From NCBI GenBank assembly GCA_019659125.1, contig JAIFVX010000001.1, positions 340,135 through 404,134 of the forward strand: 64,000 nt of DNA, in the 5' to 3' direction. Shown in pieces: positions 1 through 9,841 of the stretch. This stretch comes from Candidatus Pacearchaeota archaeon. GTDB taxonomy: Archaea; Nanobdellota; Nanobdellia; Pacearchaeales; GW2011-AR1. Numbering within the stretch: the stretch's first letter is position 1; each line of letters opens with the position of its first letter. The notes under the pieces are model-generated. The model was not told the DNA's origin. It saw only the letters and a program-made list of their open reading frames with translations, and did not search any database. The position numbers were made by a program, and so were the translations under genes.

Positions 1-144
1 CTCACCCTGTGCGATGATAAATACGCTTCCATCATGGCGATTCTCGACATAGCCATGTATATTTTCGGCAAGAGCAAAATTCTTTACTTGTTTTCTAAAA
101 GTAACACCTTGCACCCTTCCAAAAACATGAATACTAGCGTCCAT
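1..144 (-). CDS. acyP: Acylphosphatase, 5' part (runs off window edge; not in ORF track)
   Basis: Manual translation MDASIHVFGRVQGVTFRKQVKNFALAENIHGYVENRHDGSVFIIAQGE contains the GRVQGVxFR and G(Y/W)VxNxxDGSV motifs; ATG at 144 overlaps the stop of the upstream DHH gene. Confidence 0.85.
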   Translation of the reverse strand, partial: MDASIHVFGRVQGVTFRKQVKNFALAENIHGYVENRHDGSVFIIAQGE

Positions 145-1192
145 GGATCTCCTTCTCGAGCAATTCTTTGAATTTTCCTATATCGGAACTCTTTATCTTT
201 GCTCCGACTGCATCAGGATGGCCTCCTCCAGTCCCTCCTTCAAAATGCACGATAATCTTTTCAATAATGCTCTTTACGTTCTTTCCGCGTAAAGAAATCT
301 TCGTAAGAGAGCCATCGCTATAAGCAACTACAATGTATTTAGAAGGATGTTTGTAAGAAAGTTCATTTGACAATTCCGCGCTCATGCTTGTCTCCCCACC
401 ATATTCAAAAAAGATAAGGTTTTCAGTAATATTTTCTTCGGCCCGAGTAATTAAAGAATCATATCTCTTTCGTAAGGCACTATAGTTTTCCCTGAACGAA
501 ACCGGAGCAGATTCAGAAATGACTTCATCAGGGCCCTTACATTGTATAAGAAAATTCTGCAATTCGACAGTATGACTGGTAGAGTTCTTTAATCCAAAGT
601 TCAAGGATTGTGCTATGCGTCCAATCTCAGTTTTGTAGTACACATCAAAAGGCTCCTTGATGTTCTTAGCCCAAAATTCTGGATATAACTTACCAAACTC
701 TTTAGAGAATGAAGGAAGATAATGGTCTGCAACGCATCCCATGATAGCTATCCACAAATCCTCTTTTCTCTGAGTGATCATATGACTAAGATAAGTTACA
801 GGCTCTTGGCTCTTATTTTTCCCCTTCAAGATTGCAGGATTGTAAATATTAACGTTCGGAAATTTCTCATTGATATTACCTGAAGATACGTTATGATGAT
901 CTATCCATACTAAAGGGAGATGCATTGCTTCTATCTCTTCAACAAATTCCTTTGATAGAACGGGTTTGTCTAAAATGAAAACATAATCTGCTTTTAACTC
1001 CTGAGCCTTTTTTGCATACATCGCATTTAATTCAGGATAGCTTCTAATGGCCACTCCTTTTCCCCTTCCGAGATATCGTCGTAATAAGAGATAACTGCAG
1101 AGGCCGTCAGCGTCATTGTCAAAGAAGAACAAGGGATTTTGTGCCTTTGATAAATGCTCACGTATCTCTGATAGCTGTGCTTTCGTTAACAT
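134..1192 (-). CDS. DHH/DHHA1 family phosphoesterase (RecJ/NrnA-like)
   Basis: DNDADG, WIDHH and C-terminal GGGH motifs; TATA-like TTTAAATA 22-29 nt upstream. Confidence 0.85.
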   Translation of the reverse strand: MLTKAQLSEIREHLSKAQNPLFFFDNDADGLCSYLLLRRYLGRGKGVAIRSYPELNAMYAKKAQELKADYVFILDKPVLSKEFVEEIEAMHLPLVWIDHHNVSSGNINEKFPNVNIYNPAILKGKNKSQEPVTYLSHMITQRKEDLWIAIMGCVADHYLPSFSKEFGKLYPEFWAKNIKEPFDVYYKTEIGRIAQSLNFGLKNSTSHTVELQNFLIQCKGPDEVISESAPVSFRENYSALRKRYDSLITRAEENITENLIFFEYGGETSMSAELSNELSYKHPSKYIVVAYSDGSLTKISLRGKNVKSIIEKIIVHFEGGTGGGHPDAVGAKIKSSDIGKFKELLEKEIHGR

Positions 1193-1226
1193 GCAAGAAA
1201 ATCTTGACGACCCTATTTAAACCTGC

Positions 1227-2783
1227 TTATTTCTTTAGGCACAAATACTGTCCATTCTTCCCAGGAGCTAATGTTTGTTGAAGGTCACTTGTGCAAGTGC
1301 ACTTATTCACTCCCACAAATGCGCGAGCAGTTAGAGCCTCTGTTCTTACGTTGACACTTCCAGCCTTCTCAATACATACACCATTACTGTCAACTTTGAA
1401 CCATCCCTTTAAGTTCGCTGCATTGGTTGCAGGGCCTATTGTACAATGCGCACTTGAATCCAAATCGCTAGACTCCTCCCAGTAGCATCCACACTGAATT
1501 GATTTGCCGAGCACAGTCTTACCGCATGAAAAGTCGTTCCATTGTTTTTCTAATTTTGCAGAATCAACACTTGCTCCGTTGCAACTAGACTTTGTTCGGA
1601 AGCTAGTGCATTTTGCTGCAACACCGCCTGATCTAGCATCAGCAGAAGAAGTGTTTGTCGGAGGAGTATTCGTTGGGGGAGCAGTGGTTGTTCCATTGAT
1701 ACTTCCAGAACCAACAACACAAGCTCCATTATTGCATCCATTCTGACACGTGTGAACTGTCTCAACAATATTGCTTCCCGAAGCAGATTCATTAAGGCAA
1801 GAATATTCTTTTAACTTAGTAGCAGTCGTACAGACATCTTCCATTACTTCAGGGTGATAGTTTTGTATCCCGAAGGTAACTCCCTTATTGTCATAATCTT
1901 TTCCACCATCAGTGTCATCACATGCTGTAACATCTGACGAAACAGCACGATTGTCCACCCATCGTGCGCTCTTTACGGTTTTTCCATCGATCTTGACCGT
2001 GGCAGGAACACAGCGCCCAGGACCTACTGTTTTCCCGGTGATCGAGGTAATGTATGCAACCGAACCATCTCCATGTTGGGTGGTTTGGCGCTGACATACA
2101 GCCTCTACAATCGTATCTCCATCGCATGAATCCCCATAATACTTGTAGGATTCGCCAGTCTTAGCCCACTTTACGACGCCAGCCTTATGAAAGTTAATTC
2201 CTTGATCATTATCATTGCACTCAGTCGTTTCAGTATAAGATTGGATATAATCAACAAACGGATACCTTATATCCACCTGAGGATACCCATCGAGTGATAC
2301 CCATCGTGCGCTTGTGACTGTTTTCTTAGGATCCCAAATAGTTATTTTTTGCTTTATGCAGAACCCTGAACCTAATTGCTTAGAAGAGAAAGTTTTATAG
2401 AAAATATTATCATCAAATTCCTGCCCGGGAGTCTCAATTGAGTCATAAACATCAATCGAACCTTTAGGAAGTTTTAGAGTTTCCTTTTTTCCAGTACATT
2501 CACTTAAATAATGCTTAGCAGTCTTCGCTGAGCTCCACACAGGTAAATCAGTAGGATCCCAAACATCGAAGCCGCCGCTATTGCTTTCCGGACCATCTCC
2601 GATAATGCTCTTAAGCTGCTCAGGAGTTACTCCAATATCATCAAGCTGTTGCTCAATAGGCCCTGCCTTGTGAGAAAATATTGATAATCCTGTGAGTTTA
2701 TCAAGGGGCCAGAATGCACTTACGCAAGAAACAGCAAGCAATGAGCAGACAACAAACAATGCAACAACACCTGCTCTTTTCAT
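1227..2783 (-). CDS. Secreted cysteine-rich repeat protein
   Basis: Signal peptide; two CxDxD(G/Q)GxxxxxxG modules; repeated KTV(T/K)SARWV; CxxGCxxGAC; PPTNT linker. Confidence 0.7.
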   Translation of the reverse strand: MKRAGVVALFVVCSLLAVSCVSAFWPLDKLTGLSIFSHKAGPIEQQLDDIGVTPEQLKSIIGDGPESNSGGFDVWDPTDLPVWSSAKTAKHYLSECTGKKETLKLPKGSIDVYDSIETPGQEFDDNIFYKTFSSKQLGSGFCIKQKITIWDPKKTVTSARWVSLDGYPQVDIRYPFVDYIQSYTETTECNDNDQGINFHKAGVVKWAKTGESYKYYGDSCDGDTIVEAVCQRQTTQHGDGSVAYITSITGKTVGPGRCVPATVKIDGKTVKSARWVDNRAVSSDVTACDDTDGGKDYDNKGVTFGIQNYHPEVMEDVCTTATKLKEYSCLNESASGSNIVETVHTCQNGCNNGACVVGSGSINGTTTAPPTNTPPTNTSSADARSGGVAAKCTSFRTKSSCNGASVDSAKLEKQWNDFSCGKTVLGKSIQCGCYWEESSDLDSSAHCTIGPATNAANLKGWFKVDSNGVCIEKAGSVNVRTEALTARAFVGVNKCTCTSDLQQTLAPGKNGQYLCLKK

Positions 2784-2836
2784 ATTCCTTGATAGAAATC
2801 TATTATATAAATCTTATGTCGATCTGTAGCTACTAT

Positions 2837-5044
2837 CTATCCCTCAACCTGCTTAGGTCCTGTAGTCGCAACCCCTGCAATGCCACCACCATAACCATAG
2901 TAAATTTGTTGATCATAGGGAAGTTTTACCGAGCTTATCTCACGTAAGTCATCTAAGGTATTAGCCTTAATCTCTCCTGAAGAAAGGGTGTAAAGAGTGT
3001 CGCCAATGTACAGAGATCGTTTGATGGAATATTGGTCATTATACCAATCCCATGTATTGTTTACATCCCTGAAATGGGTGATTCTTCCTCTCTCACTGAT
3101 ATCGTTCGTGTCAACATTAAGAACAATAGCCCCTTGCCAGACAGGCTGCGAGTAATCATATCCTGCAGTTGTATTCAGCTCAGCAAGAAGCACGGGAAGC
3201 ACAAGAATACCCTTTTGCTTATCAAAGAGTACTGCTTTATGATCCTGCAAGGCAATGCTTTCGCTTCCTCGCTCTCCAAGTACAATCTTTGCCTGCTCTT
3301 TTGGATGTTCAACATCAGAGACATCAAACAGAGAAACTTTAACTCCTCCTATTGCCGTGTAATAGACGGCTCCGGGACTGTGAACCTTATCCGCATCAAT
3401 ACTTTCATTGACCTCTTTTCCTATACCTATGACATGATTTTCATCATAGGGATGCAAGTAGTTCGAATAGCCTGGAATCTTCAAGTATCCTAGGACTTTT
3501 GGATTTCGTGGATCATGTGCATCAATGACAAATAACGGATCAACGCTCTTGAATGTGACTAAATATGCTCGGTCACCCAAAAATCGTGCGGAATAAATGC
3601 TCTCTCCTTTGGCAAGATTTTCAACTTTTCCAATCATAGTAAGTTTTCCATCAAGAATGTAGAAATTATTGCTACTCTTGCCTTCCCAGGTGTTTCCACT
3701 CGTGGTTGCAATTCTCAGATTACCTTTATACTCATCAAGCGAGAACTGATTTAGTACATGTCCTGGAACCTCTCCCTGCTCAGTATATTCAATGTGATTT
3801 CCATCCACATGAATCTTATGGATCACAGTCTTTTCCGTTTCCTTCTGTATATCATCGGCAAAATTCTGCTGTGCATCAAAAAGCTTTCTGTCAAATTCTT
3901 CCTTCTCAGATCCTCGCAATGAAAGGGAGTAATCCTGCACAATGCCATTTATAGTATTGAACTTCTGGTAAGCCATATCACTTGAGGCAAGCAAGTCTTT
4001 GACCTTGGCCTTCTCTTCATTCGGCAACAAGGGAATGTAAACCTCATTAACAAGTTTATTATAATAATCCTTGGTGCTTATAGCCTTCATAGCAGTCAGA
4101 TAGATATTATTTTCAGATACAAAGACTGTCCCTGTTGAGCCAGTCAGATAGACTTTACTCGCGACATCATCAGTATTAACATTGATAGCATAGAGGGAAG
4201 TGAAGACATAACTACTGTCGGAATAGTCGAAGTAATAAACATCGGATGCAGCAATCTTCTCCTCCATTCCGTTCATAGTATAAATAGGAGGCTGAGGATT
4301 GTTTATATTTGCATATTGAGAATTTATTAGGTAAACATAGTTTCCAATCATCCTAGACTCGACATAACTTCCCTCAGAAGACATGTTCAGATCCAATTCA
4401 GGGTTGCTCTTATCAGATATATCATAGACATACACTACGCTTTGAGAGGAATATCCTCCACACCCACCATAACCACACGGACGGATAAGCGCCTTTGATG
4501 ATCCTATACCTCCATCTCCTTCAACAGGCATAGGCTCAGGATATGAAATATATCCATAACTATCGCCAAACACTATCAACTTGTTTCCATTAACGAGTAT
4601 ATTTCTAATAGTATGGCTAAAAGATAAGTTGTTTACAATATGCATGTTCTCTGCAGGTTTGGCATCCACGATGATAATGTTATTTCCAGTTACCGTATAG
4701 ATATAATTCCCGTCATTCTTCACGATGTCTGCTTCATCAACACCCTCTACCTGCACATTCGTAGAGCTATGAGTAGTTGATCCTGCTGATGTAGATCCAG
4801 CCTTGTCTGAACTGGCAGCAGGAGCCACAGCTTCAAGGGTTCCCCTTCCATCATTATAATAATTTGAGGAAGGCACGGATTGTCCTGCTTTAAGGAAACT
4901 CTCTATCTCATCATAAGAATTAAAATGCTTAATACTGCTGCTTTCAGAGACAGGAGTAGGCTTCAAACTCATGAAGCCAAGTACGACAATCAGTAATGCA
5001 ACACAGACTGCAAGCAATAATCCGAGATGTGTTTTGTATTTCAT
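2837..5044 (-). CDS. Membrane-anchored beta-propeller domain protein (Beta_propel-like)
   Basis: N-terminal TM; family motifs STNVQVEGVDEADIVKNDG, NQFSLDEYKG, VDPLFVID, LKIPGYSNYLHPY. Confidence 0.8.
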   Translation of the reverse strand: MKYKTHLGLLLAVCVALLIVVLGFMSLKPTPVSESSSIKHFNSYDEIESFLKAGQSVPSSNYYNDGRGTLEAVAPAASSDKAGSTSAGSTTHSSTNVQVEGVDEADIVKNDGNYIYTVTGNNIIIVDAKPAENMHIVNNLSFSHTIRNILVNGNKLIVFGDSYGYISYPEPMPVEGDGGIGSSKALIRPCGYGGCGGYSSQSVVYVYDISDKSNPELDLNMSSEGSYVESRMIGNYVYLINSQYANINNPQPPIYTMNGMEEKIAASDVYYFDYSDSSYVFTSLYAINVNTDDVASKVYLTGSTGTVFVSENNIYLTAMKAISTKDYYNKLVNEVYIPLLPNEEKAKVKDLLASSDMAYQKFNTINGIVQDYSLSLRGSEKEEFDRKLFDAQQNFADDIQKETEKTVIHKIHVDGNHIEYTEQGEVPGHVLNQFSLDEYKGNLRIATTSGNTWEGKSSNNFYILDGKLTMIGKVENLAKGESIYSARFLGDRAYLVTFKSVDPLFVIDAHDPRNPKVLGYLKIPGYSNYLHPYDENHVIGIGKEVNESIDADKVHSPGAVYYTAIGGVKVSLFDVSDVEHPKEQAKIVLGERGSESIALQDHKAVLFDKQKGILVLPVLLAELNTTAGYDYSQPVWQGAIVLNVDTNDISERGRITHFRDVNNTWDWYNDQYSIKRSLYIGDTLYTLSSGEIKANTLDDLREISSVKLPYDQQIYYGYGGGIAGVATTGPKQVEG

Positions 5045-5613
5045 CGTTCCCTCACATAATTCCAGAGCAAATAAATACTAAGTGCTGCCAAAGCTCCCAC
5101 AAAGAACCAAGCCCATGCGTTAGAGGCGTGTGCGACAACATCATATGCCTGTTGTGCAGCGCCTGTTTTCAAAGACTCAGAGGCAGCATTAATTGTCGGA
5201 GCAGCGTATGCATTCGTCCTTTCCAAAACGACTTGTTGCCCTTGATACAACTTAATGCCCAAAGCAATGGCGGCTGTAACGAAGAGAGCAGGAAGGATTC
5301 CTTTCATCATCTTTCTAGGGGAAATAAGGATCTTCTTTTCAGATAATGTATACTTATGGATCCTCTTTCCCTTGGTGCTCCATAAGAATCCGGACACTCT
5401 CTCAATAAGGCCAGACTCAACGAGTTTTTTTATATTATATCCTATCGTGTTCATAGGCAGCTTCAAGGCGTCTGCGATCTCGCTTTCACTCATTTCTTTT
5501 TCAGCCAGTAGCAAGAGAATCTTCTTGGATGTCTTGTTTGAGATGACATCGGCGATAGTCGCAGCTCGAGGGTCATCCATGTCTACCATGATATATTTGT
5601 CACTCATATCCAA
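5041..5613 (-). CDS. ArsR-like winged-HTH regulator with two C-terminal TM helices
   Basis: SxSEIAxxLxxPxNTIxYNIKKLVESGLI wHTH, then two hydrophobic segments; ATGA overlap with the beta-propeller gene. Confidence 0.75.
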   Translation of the reverse strand: MDMSDKYIMVDMDDPRAATIADVISNKTSKKILLLLAEKEMSESEIADALKLPMNTIGYNIKKLVESGLIERVSGFLWSTKGKRIHKYTLSEKKILISPRKMMKGILPALFVTAAIALGIKLYQGQQVVLERTNAYAAPTINAASESLKTGAAQQAYDVVAHASNAWAWFFVGALAALSIYLLWNYVRER

Positions 5614-5676
5614 CTAACAAAAAGCACATATATAAACAAATCGAACACTTCAAACTTCATTGAACACAACCTTTAA

Positions 5677-6429
5677 ATGAGCCTTATCCCTCAAGAACTC
5701 ATGAAGCACAAGTACCTCTTGTCTCTCCTTGCGATTTTTATTATTATCTGGATATGGGCTGCAATCAACCCTCTCCTCCATTCTGACTGGCTTCTTGAAA
5801 ACTACCTTGTGTTCATTGCAGTTCCTCTTATTCTTCTTTCCTACAGATATATGAGGCTGTCAAACGTTTCCTACACGCTCATCACTATTTTTATGAGCCT
5901 TCATGTTATTGGTTCTCATTATACTTATGAGCTCGTTCCATTCGGATATACACTTCAAGCATGGTTTGGAGCAAGCAGGAACATGTATGATCGTCTTGTT
6001 CATTTCTCCTTTGGATTTCTCCTTGCATATCCTATCAGGGAATTATTTCTTAGAGTTGCAAAAGTAAAGGGGATATGGGGATACTATCTTCCTGTTGATC
6101 TGACACTCTCATTCTCAGCTATCTATGAAATGATAGAATGGTTTGTTGCAACGATTGTTGATCCTACCGCAGGCATTGCCTTTCTGGGATCGCAGGGAGA
6201 TATTTGGGATGCGCAAAAAGATATGCTCTCCGCAGGCGTTGGAGCATTCATTGCCATGACTATCATCCTCATTATCAACTGGAAGTACAATCCTGAATTT
6301 GGAAAAGAGCTAAAGGAGAGCTTCAAGATAGGAAAGAACGATGCTCCCTTGGGTGAAGTAAAACTAAGGCAACTAGTAAAATCATCCAGAAATAAAGTAG
6401 TAAAAAAATCGGGAGAAATATTTAAATAG
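5677..6429 (+). CDS. DUF2238/YjdF-like inner membrane protein
   Basis: DWLLEN, GSHYTY, RNMYDRLVHFSFG and GSQGDIWDAQKDM motifs. Confidence 0.8.
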   Translation: MSLIPQELMKHKYLLSLLAIFIIIWIWAAINPLLHSDWLLENYLVFIAVPLILLSYRYMRLSNVSYTLITIFMSLHVIGSHYTYELVPFGYTLQAWFGASRNMYDRLVHFSFGFLLAYPIRELFLRVAKVKGIWGYYLPVDLTLSFSAIYEMIEWFVATIVDPTAGIAFLGSQGDIWDAQKDMLSAGVGAFIAMTIILIINWKYNPEFGKELKESFKIGKNDAPLGEVKLRQLVKSSRNKVVKKSGEIFK

Positions 6430-6449
6430 AGAAATATGATACATCAATC

Positions 6450-6647
6450 ATGAACAAGTGGACTGAATTGATTGTTGGTTTGATTCTGGTCATCGTTGCA
6501 GTGGTCATTGCATTCTATTCTCAGAACTGGGGCGCATGGAACTTCTGGAGCGCTGCAGGAACATTCTTCAAGGGAGGCCTCTTCTGGCTTGTTGTCATGA
6601 TTGGTGTCCTCTTCATCCTCCTTGGAATCTCAGACCTTAAAGGTTAA
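6450..6647 (+). CDS. Small two-TM membrane protein
   Basis: 65 aa, two hydrophobic helices, in line with neighbouring genes. Confidence 0.7.
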   Translation: MNKWTELIVGLILVIVAVVIAFYSQNWGAWNFWSAAGTFFKGGLFWLVVMIGVLFILLGISDLKG

Positions 6648-6650
6648 GCC

Positions 6651-7115
6651 ATGGAAGGATTTATCCTGATAAAACCAGATTATGTTCAACATACAACATA
6701 TCTGCGAAGTTTAGCAAGTGACCTTATACGAGACCAAAAACTTGACCTCATTATTAAAAATGTTGAGCACGTAGAAAGCATTCCTCGACAATTTATGGAA
6801 GAATTTTATTCACCCCATAGGGATGCCCCTCATTTTCCAAAAGTAATTAATTACTGGAGCGATCAGTCTTCGGCAGTACTATGGCTGGAGGGGCAAAATG
6901 TATTTAGCGATACATTCAAGCTGGCTGGTACGAAAACCGATCCTATGGAATGTGATATCAACGAAATAAGATGGGTTGCTAAACACCTTATCCCTCACCA
7001 GTACATTATTGACTCAAACGAAAGAAAGCTAAGAAATATCGTGCATCGATCTGATTCAGATCTAAATAGAGAAAGGGAAATGTCATTATTGAAGAAATTA
7101 CTGAAAAATGAATAA
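6651..7115 (+). CDS. ndk: Divergent nucleoside diphosphate kinase
   Basis: IKPD, FYxxHxxxPxF, GTxTxP...IR and NIVHRSDS (phospho-His motif NxxHxSD). Confidence 0.7.
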   Translation: MEGFILIKPDYVQHTTYLRSLASDLIRDQKLDLIIKNVEHVESIPRQFMEEFYSPHRDAPHFPKVINYWSDQSSAVLWLEGQNVFSDTFKLAGTKTDPMECDINEIRWVAKHLIPHQYIIDSNERKLRNIVHRSDSDLNREREMSLLKKLLKNE

Positions 7116-7647
7116 AAACATAGAGGTTGAGATACGAAGTCTCATTTCTCAAGACAAATACGACGAATTAATAAGCTTCTTTAAACAAAACTCAGAATTC
7201 TTAGGAGAAGATTACCAGGAAACACATTATTTCGATTCCGATCAAGATCTACGCATACAGAAAAACAATACATTCTCCAAAGTCTGGCTCAAGAAAGGAA
7301 AAATTCACGATGACCATCGAGAAGAGATAGAGATAAAATGCAAAAAAGAAGATTTTGAGAAATTAGAATCCCTGTATCATGCACTCGGATACAAGGTGTC
7401 GATAAAATGGTTCAGGAATCGCCATTCGTTCGATTGGAATGGAATTGTAGTTGCTTTAGACCATACAAAAGGATACGGCCACATCATAGAGCTTGAAATC
7501 CTCTCAGATGAGGAAAACAAAGAGAAAAATCTGAAGCTCCTGAAAGAAAAGCTTGCCTCTCTGAATATTCCCTTAACACCTAAAGAGCAATTTGATGTCC
7601 ATTTCAAGAATTATAAAGAAAACTGGCAAGAACTCACTCAAGGATAA
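7108..7647 (+). CDS. CYTH-domain triphosphate tunnel metalloenzyme (CyaB-like)
   Basis: N-terminal ExExR (EVEIR), DxxLRI, REEIE, DxxxGYGxxIELEI. Confidence 0.8.
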   Translation: MNKNIEVEIRSLISQDKYDELISFFKQNSEFLGEDYQETHYFDSDQDLRIQKNNTFSKVWLKKGKIHDDHREEIEIKCKKEDFEKLESLYHALGYKVSIKWFRNRHSFDWNGIVVALDHTKGYGHIIELEILSDEENKEKNLKLLKEKLASLNIPLTPKEQFDVHFKNYKENWQELTQG

Positions 7648-7895
7648 TAAGAACTCTGTCCTGTGATTCTGCGATGATGATCAGCAAAAATTTGTAACCT
7701 CAGTGCAGGACCATGTTCGTCAAGAATCTTTCTCCCGAGTGCAGTAAGGCCTTCGATATCAACAGGCTCATCGTACTGTACAACATGCTCGTTAGACTGA
7801 GCAATATCGCCTGCTTGCTCATTATAGAAACCTGAGCGATTCTCATTAAGAATAGCTTTTATTTCCTTTATTGCATTCACATCCTCTAAACCCAT
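7638..7895 (-). CDS. Hypothetical protein
   Basis: 85-aa ORF filling the gap; TATA-like TTTAAG about 25 nt upstream. Confidence 0.45.
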   Translation of the reverse strand: MGLEDVNAIKEIKAILNENRSGFYNEQAGDIAQSNEHVVQYDEPVDIEGLTALGRKILDEHGPALRLQIFADHHRRITGQSSYYP

Positions 7896-7972
7896 ACGTA
7901 TAGATCATCAGCCGGCTTAAATAGTTACCGAAAACCACAAAAGCTAATATACCACATCATATCTTCATTTCT

Positions 7973-9130
7973 ATGGCATACTGTAAAGTCTGTGGAGAGG
8001 AAGACTGCAAGAGGCATGGCTTTCTTATTGGAAAGACCGTTAAAATAAAGGAGTTCTCAGGATCTTCACCACCTGAAATCTTTGTTGGGAGATGGAACTA
8101 TCCTAATGTGTATGCGGGAATTCTCAGCCCGCAAGAGCATGGCAACACACAGATCATGTCATCCGTAGAAGAATGGCATGAAAAAAAACTTCCTATCCCA
8201 GATATCCTTGCATTAAGAAATCAACTTATTTATGGAAGATCTCAAACTAACATTAAAGCACTCGGGAAACTAACGCCTGTCATGCAAGAGGTCGCCATGA
8301 CTCATAAGTCAATCTCGACTGAATTCAAACTCAAGAAGCCTATAACAAAACACGATGAAAATGATCGGAAAGTCCCCCTTATCTCACATGCAGCCCACGT
8401 AGAGAAAGTACGGCTTCAAGAGAATCCCGAAGTAAAGCCTAAAGTTGATTATTTGGTAAACGATGTTGATGTTAAATCAAAGCAGGCACTTATCGAGCTA
8501 GAAAAATCAAACATTTCTTCAACCACGATGATGAAACTACTTTCAGCTGGACTGCTGGGTCTAAAGAAAAATAGGAAACTAGTTCCCACACGATGGTCTA
8601 TTACGGCTGTTGATGATACGTTGGGAAAAGAAAAACTAAAGAGAATAAGAACATTCCAAGAGTTATCTGAAATACAACTATTCCATGCAGAATACATTGG
8701 TAACCATTACGAATTCCTTCTCCTCCCAGAGAAATTCTCATTTGAGGTTATTGAGATATCGATGAATAACTTCCAGGTATGGCATGATTATGAGACTTTC
8801 TTTCCCAGAAAACAGTATGCAGAAGAAGTTGTTGGCGCATATTATGCAAACAGGCTTGCTCTCGCAGAACACCTAGAAAAAATTAAGAGACAGTGTACAT
8901 GCATTGTGTTCAGGGAAATACGTCCGGAGTATTATGCTCCGCTGGGAGTAGGAATCTTACGACAGGTATCGCGAGAGGCATTCACAAAGAAACCAGAAAC
9001 ATTTACAACACAGGAAGAAGCGTTCAAAGTCATCCAATCGAGATTGAGGATTCCCATAAACTATTTCAAGGAAAAGTCAATATTGCTAAAGAATTATGGC
9101 AAGCAGAAGAAGATAACGCAGTTTCTTTAG
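7973..9130 (+). CDS. nreA: Nre family DNA repair protein (PCNA-interacting)
   Basis: GSSPPEIFVGRWNYPNV, LVPTRWSITAVD, GAYYA motifs; C-terminal PIP box QKKITQFL. Confidence 0.85.
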   Translation: MAYCKVCGEEDCKRHGFLIGKTVKIKEFSGSSPPEIFVGRWNYPNVYAGILSPQEHGNTQIMSSVEEWHEKKLPIPDILALRNQLIYGRSQTNIKALGKLTPVMQEVAMTHKSISTEFKLKKPITKHDENDRKVPLISHAAHVEKVRLQENPEVKPKVDYLVNDVDVKSKQALIELEKSNISSTTMMKLLSAGLLGLKKNRKLVPTRWSITAVDDTLGKEKLKRIRTFQELSEIQLFHAEYIGNHYEFLLLPEKFSFEVIEISMNNFQVWHDYETFFPRKQYAEEVVGAYYANRLALAEHLEKIKRQCTCIVFREIRPEYYAPLGVGILRQVSREAFTKKPETFTTQEEAFKVIQSRLRIPINYFKEKSILLKNYGKQKKITQFL

Positions 9131-9819
9131 GATTTTTGTGCAGAGCCTTTGATCTCCTGAACTCCAAAAGCACGACCATAGGGGCTGATATCGCCAAGTC
9201 CACCAAGCAAGAATGAAGTGCCTCCAAAGTCCCACCCAAGAGATGCGACGCGAAGTGTGGGTTCATCGACGGACTCTAAAGAATAGAGTCGTGGAGTATG
9301 TCCTCTCTTAATAATGAATTTTTCAGCCACCCTCGCAACAATTTCTGCATTCTCTTCTCCATTTGCTAATGCTAGAACAAGGGGATGTTTTGCTAAATCT
9401 GAAGGAAACAGTTCACCAGTTTTAAATCCAAAAGGAACAAATCTAATACCTGAGTCTTTTGATTCTAGTTTCTTTACTAAATCATTTTTGTTCATAGATA
9501 CCCTATTCTTTTCTATAGATGGTCTATCTTGAATATAAACTCCCACCTTAGGAACATAGAGCAATCCATTTGAAGCCCAGTAAATAGTATTTTTCGTAAG
9601 ATCAAGAAAATCTGCAGGATATTTTTCTTCAGGATTTTGCTGTGCTGCATAAACGAGATGCATTTTCTGTGCAAATGTTGGCTGCATAAGACCTGCTTTG
9701 CTAATGGAAGTCATGACATTTCCATACGTATTAGGTCCGTGCGCTGGGTGAATGAAAGAAATACCTGGCAAGCTATGGGGACACAGATACATTCCAACTA
9801 TTTTTAGTGCATCCATCAT
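9127..9819 (-). CDS. Hypothetical protein with C-terminal RVASL...GxAFGV motif (possible C-type-lectin-fold, DGR-target-like)
   Basis: 230-aa ORF with TATA-like AT box upstream; C-terminus recalled as resembling DPANN variable-protein families. Confidence 0.6.
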   Translation of the reverse strand: MMDALKIVGMYLCPHSLPGISFIHPAHGPNTYGNVMTSISKAGLMQPTFAQKMHLVYAAQQNPEEKYPADFLDLTKNTIYWASNGLLYVPKVGVYIQDRPSIEKNRVSMNKNDLVKKLESKDSGIRFVPFGFKTGELFPSDLAKHPLVLALANGEENAEIVARVAEKFIIKRGHTPRLYSLESVDEPTLRVASLGWDFGGTSFLLGGLGDISPYGRAFGVQEIKGSAQKS

Positions 9820-9841
9820 AATTAATTTATATCGAAGAATA

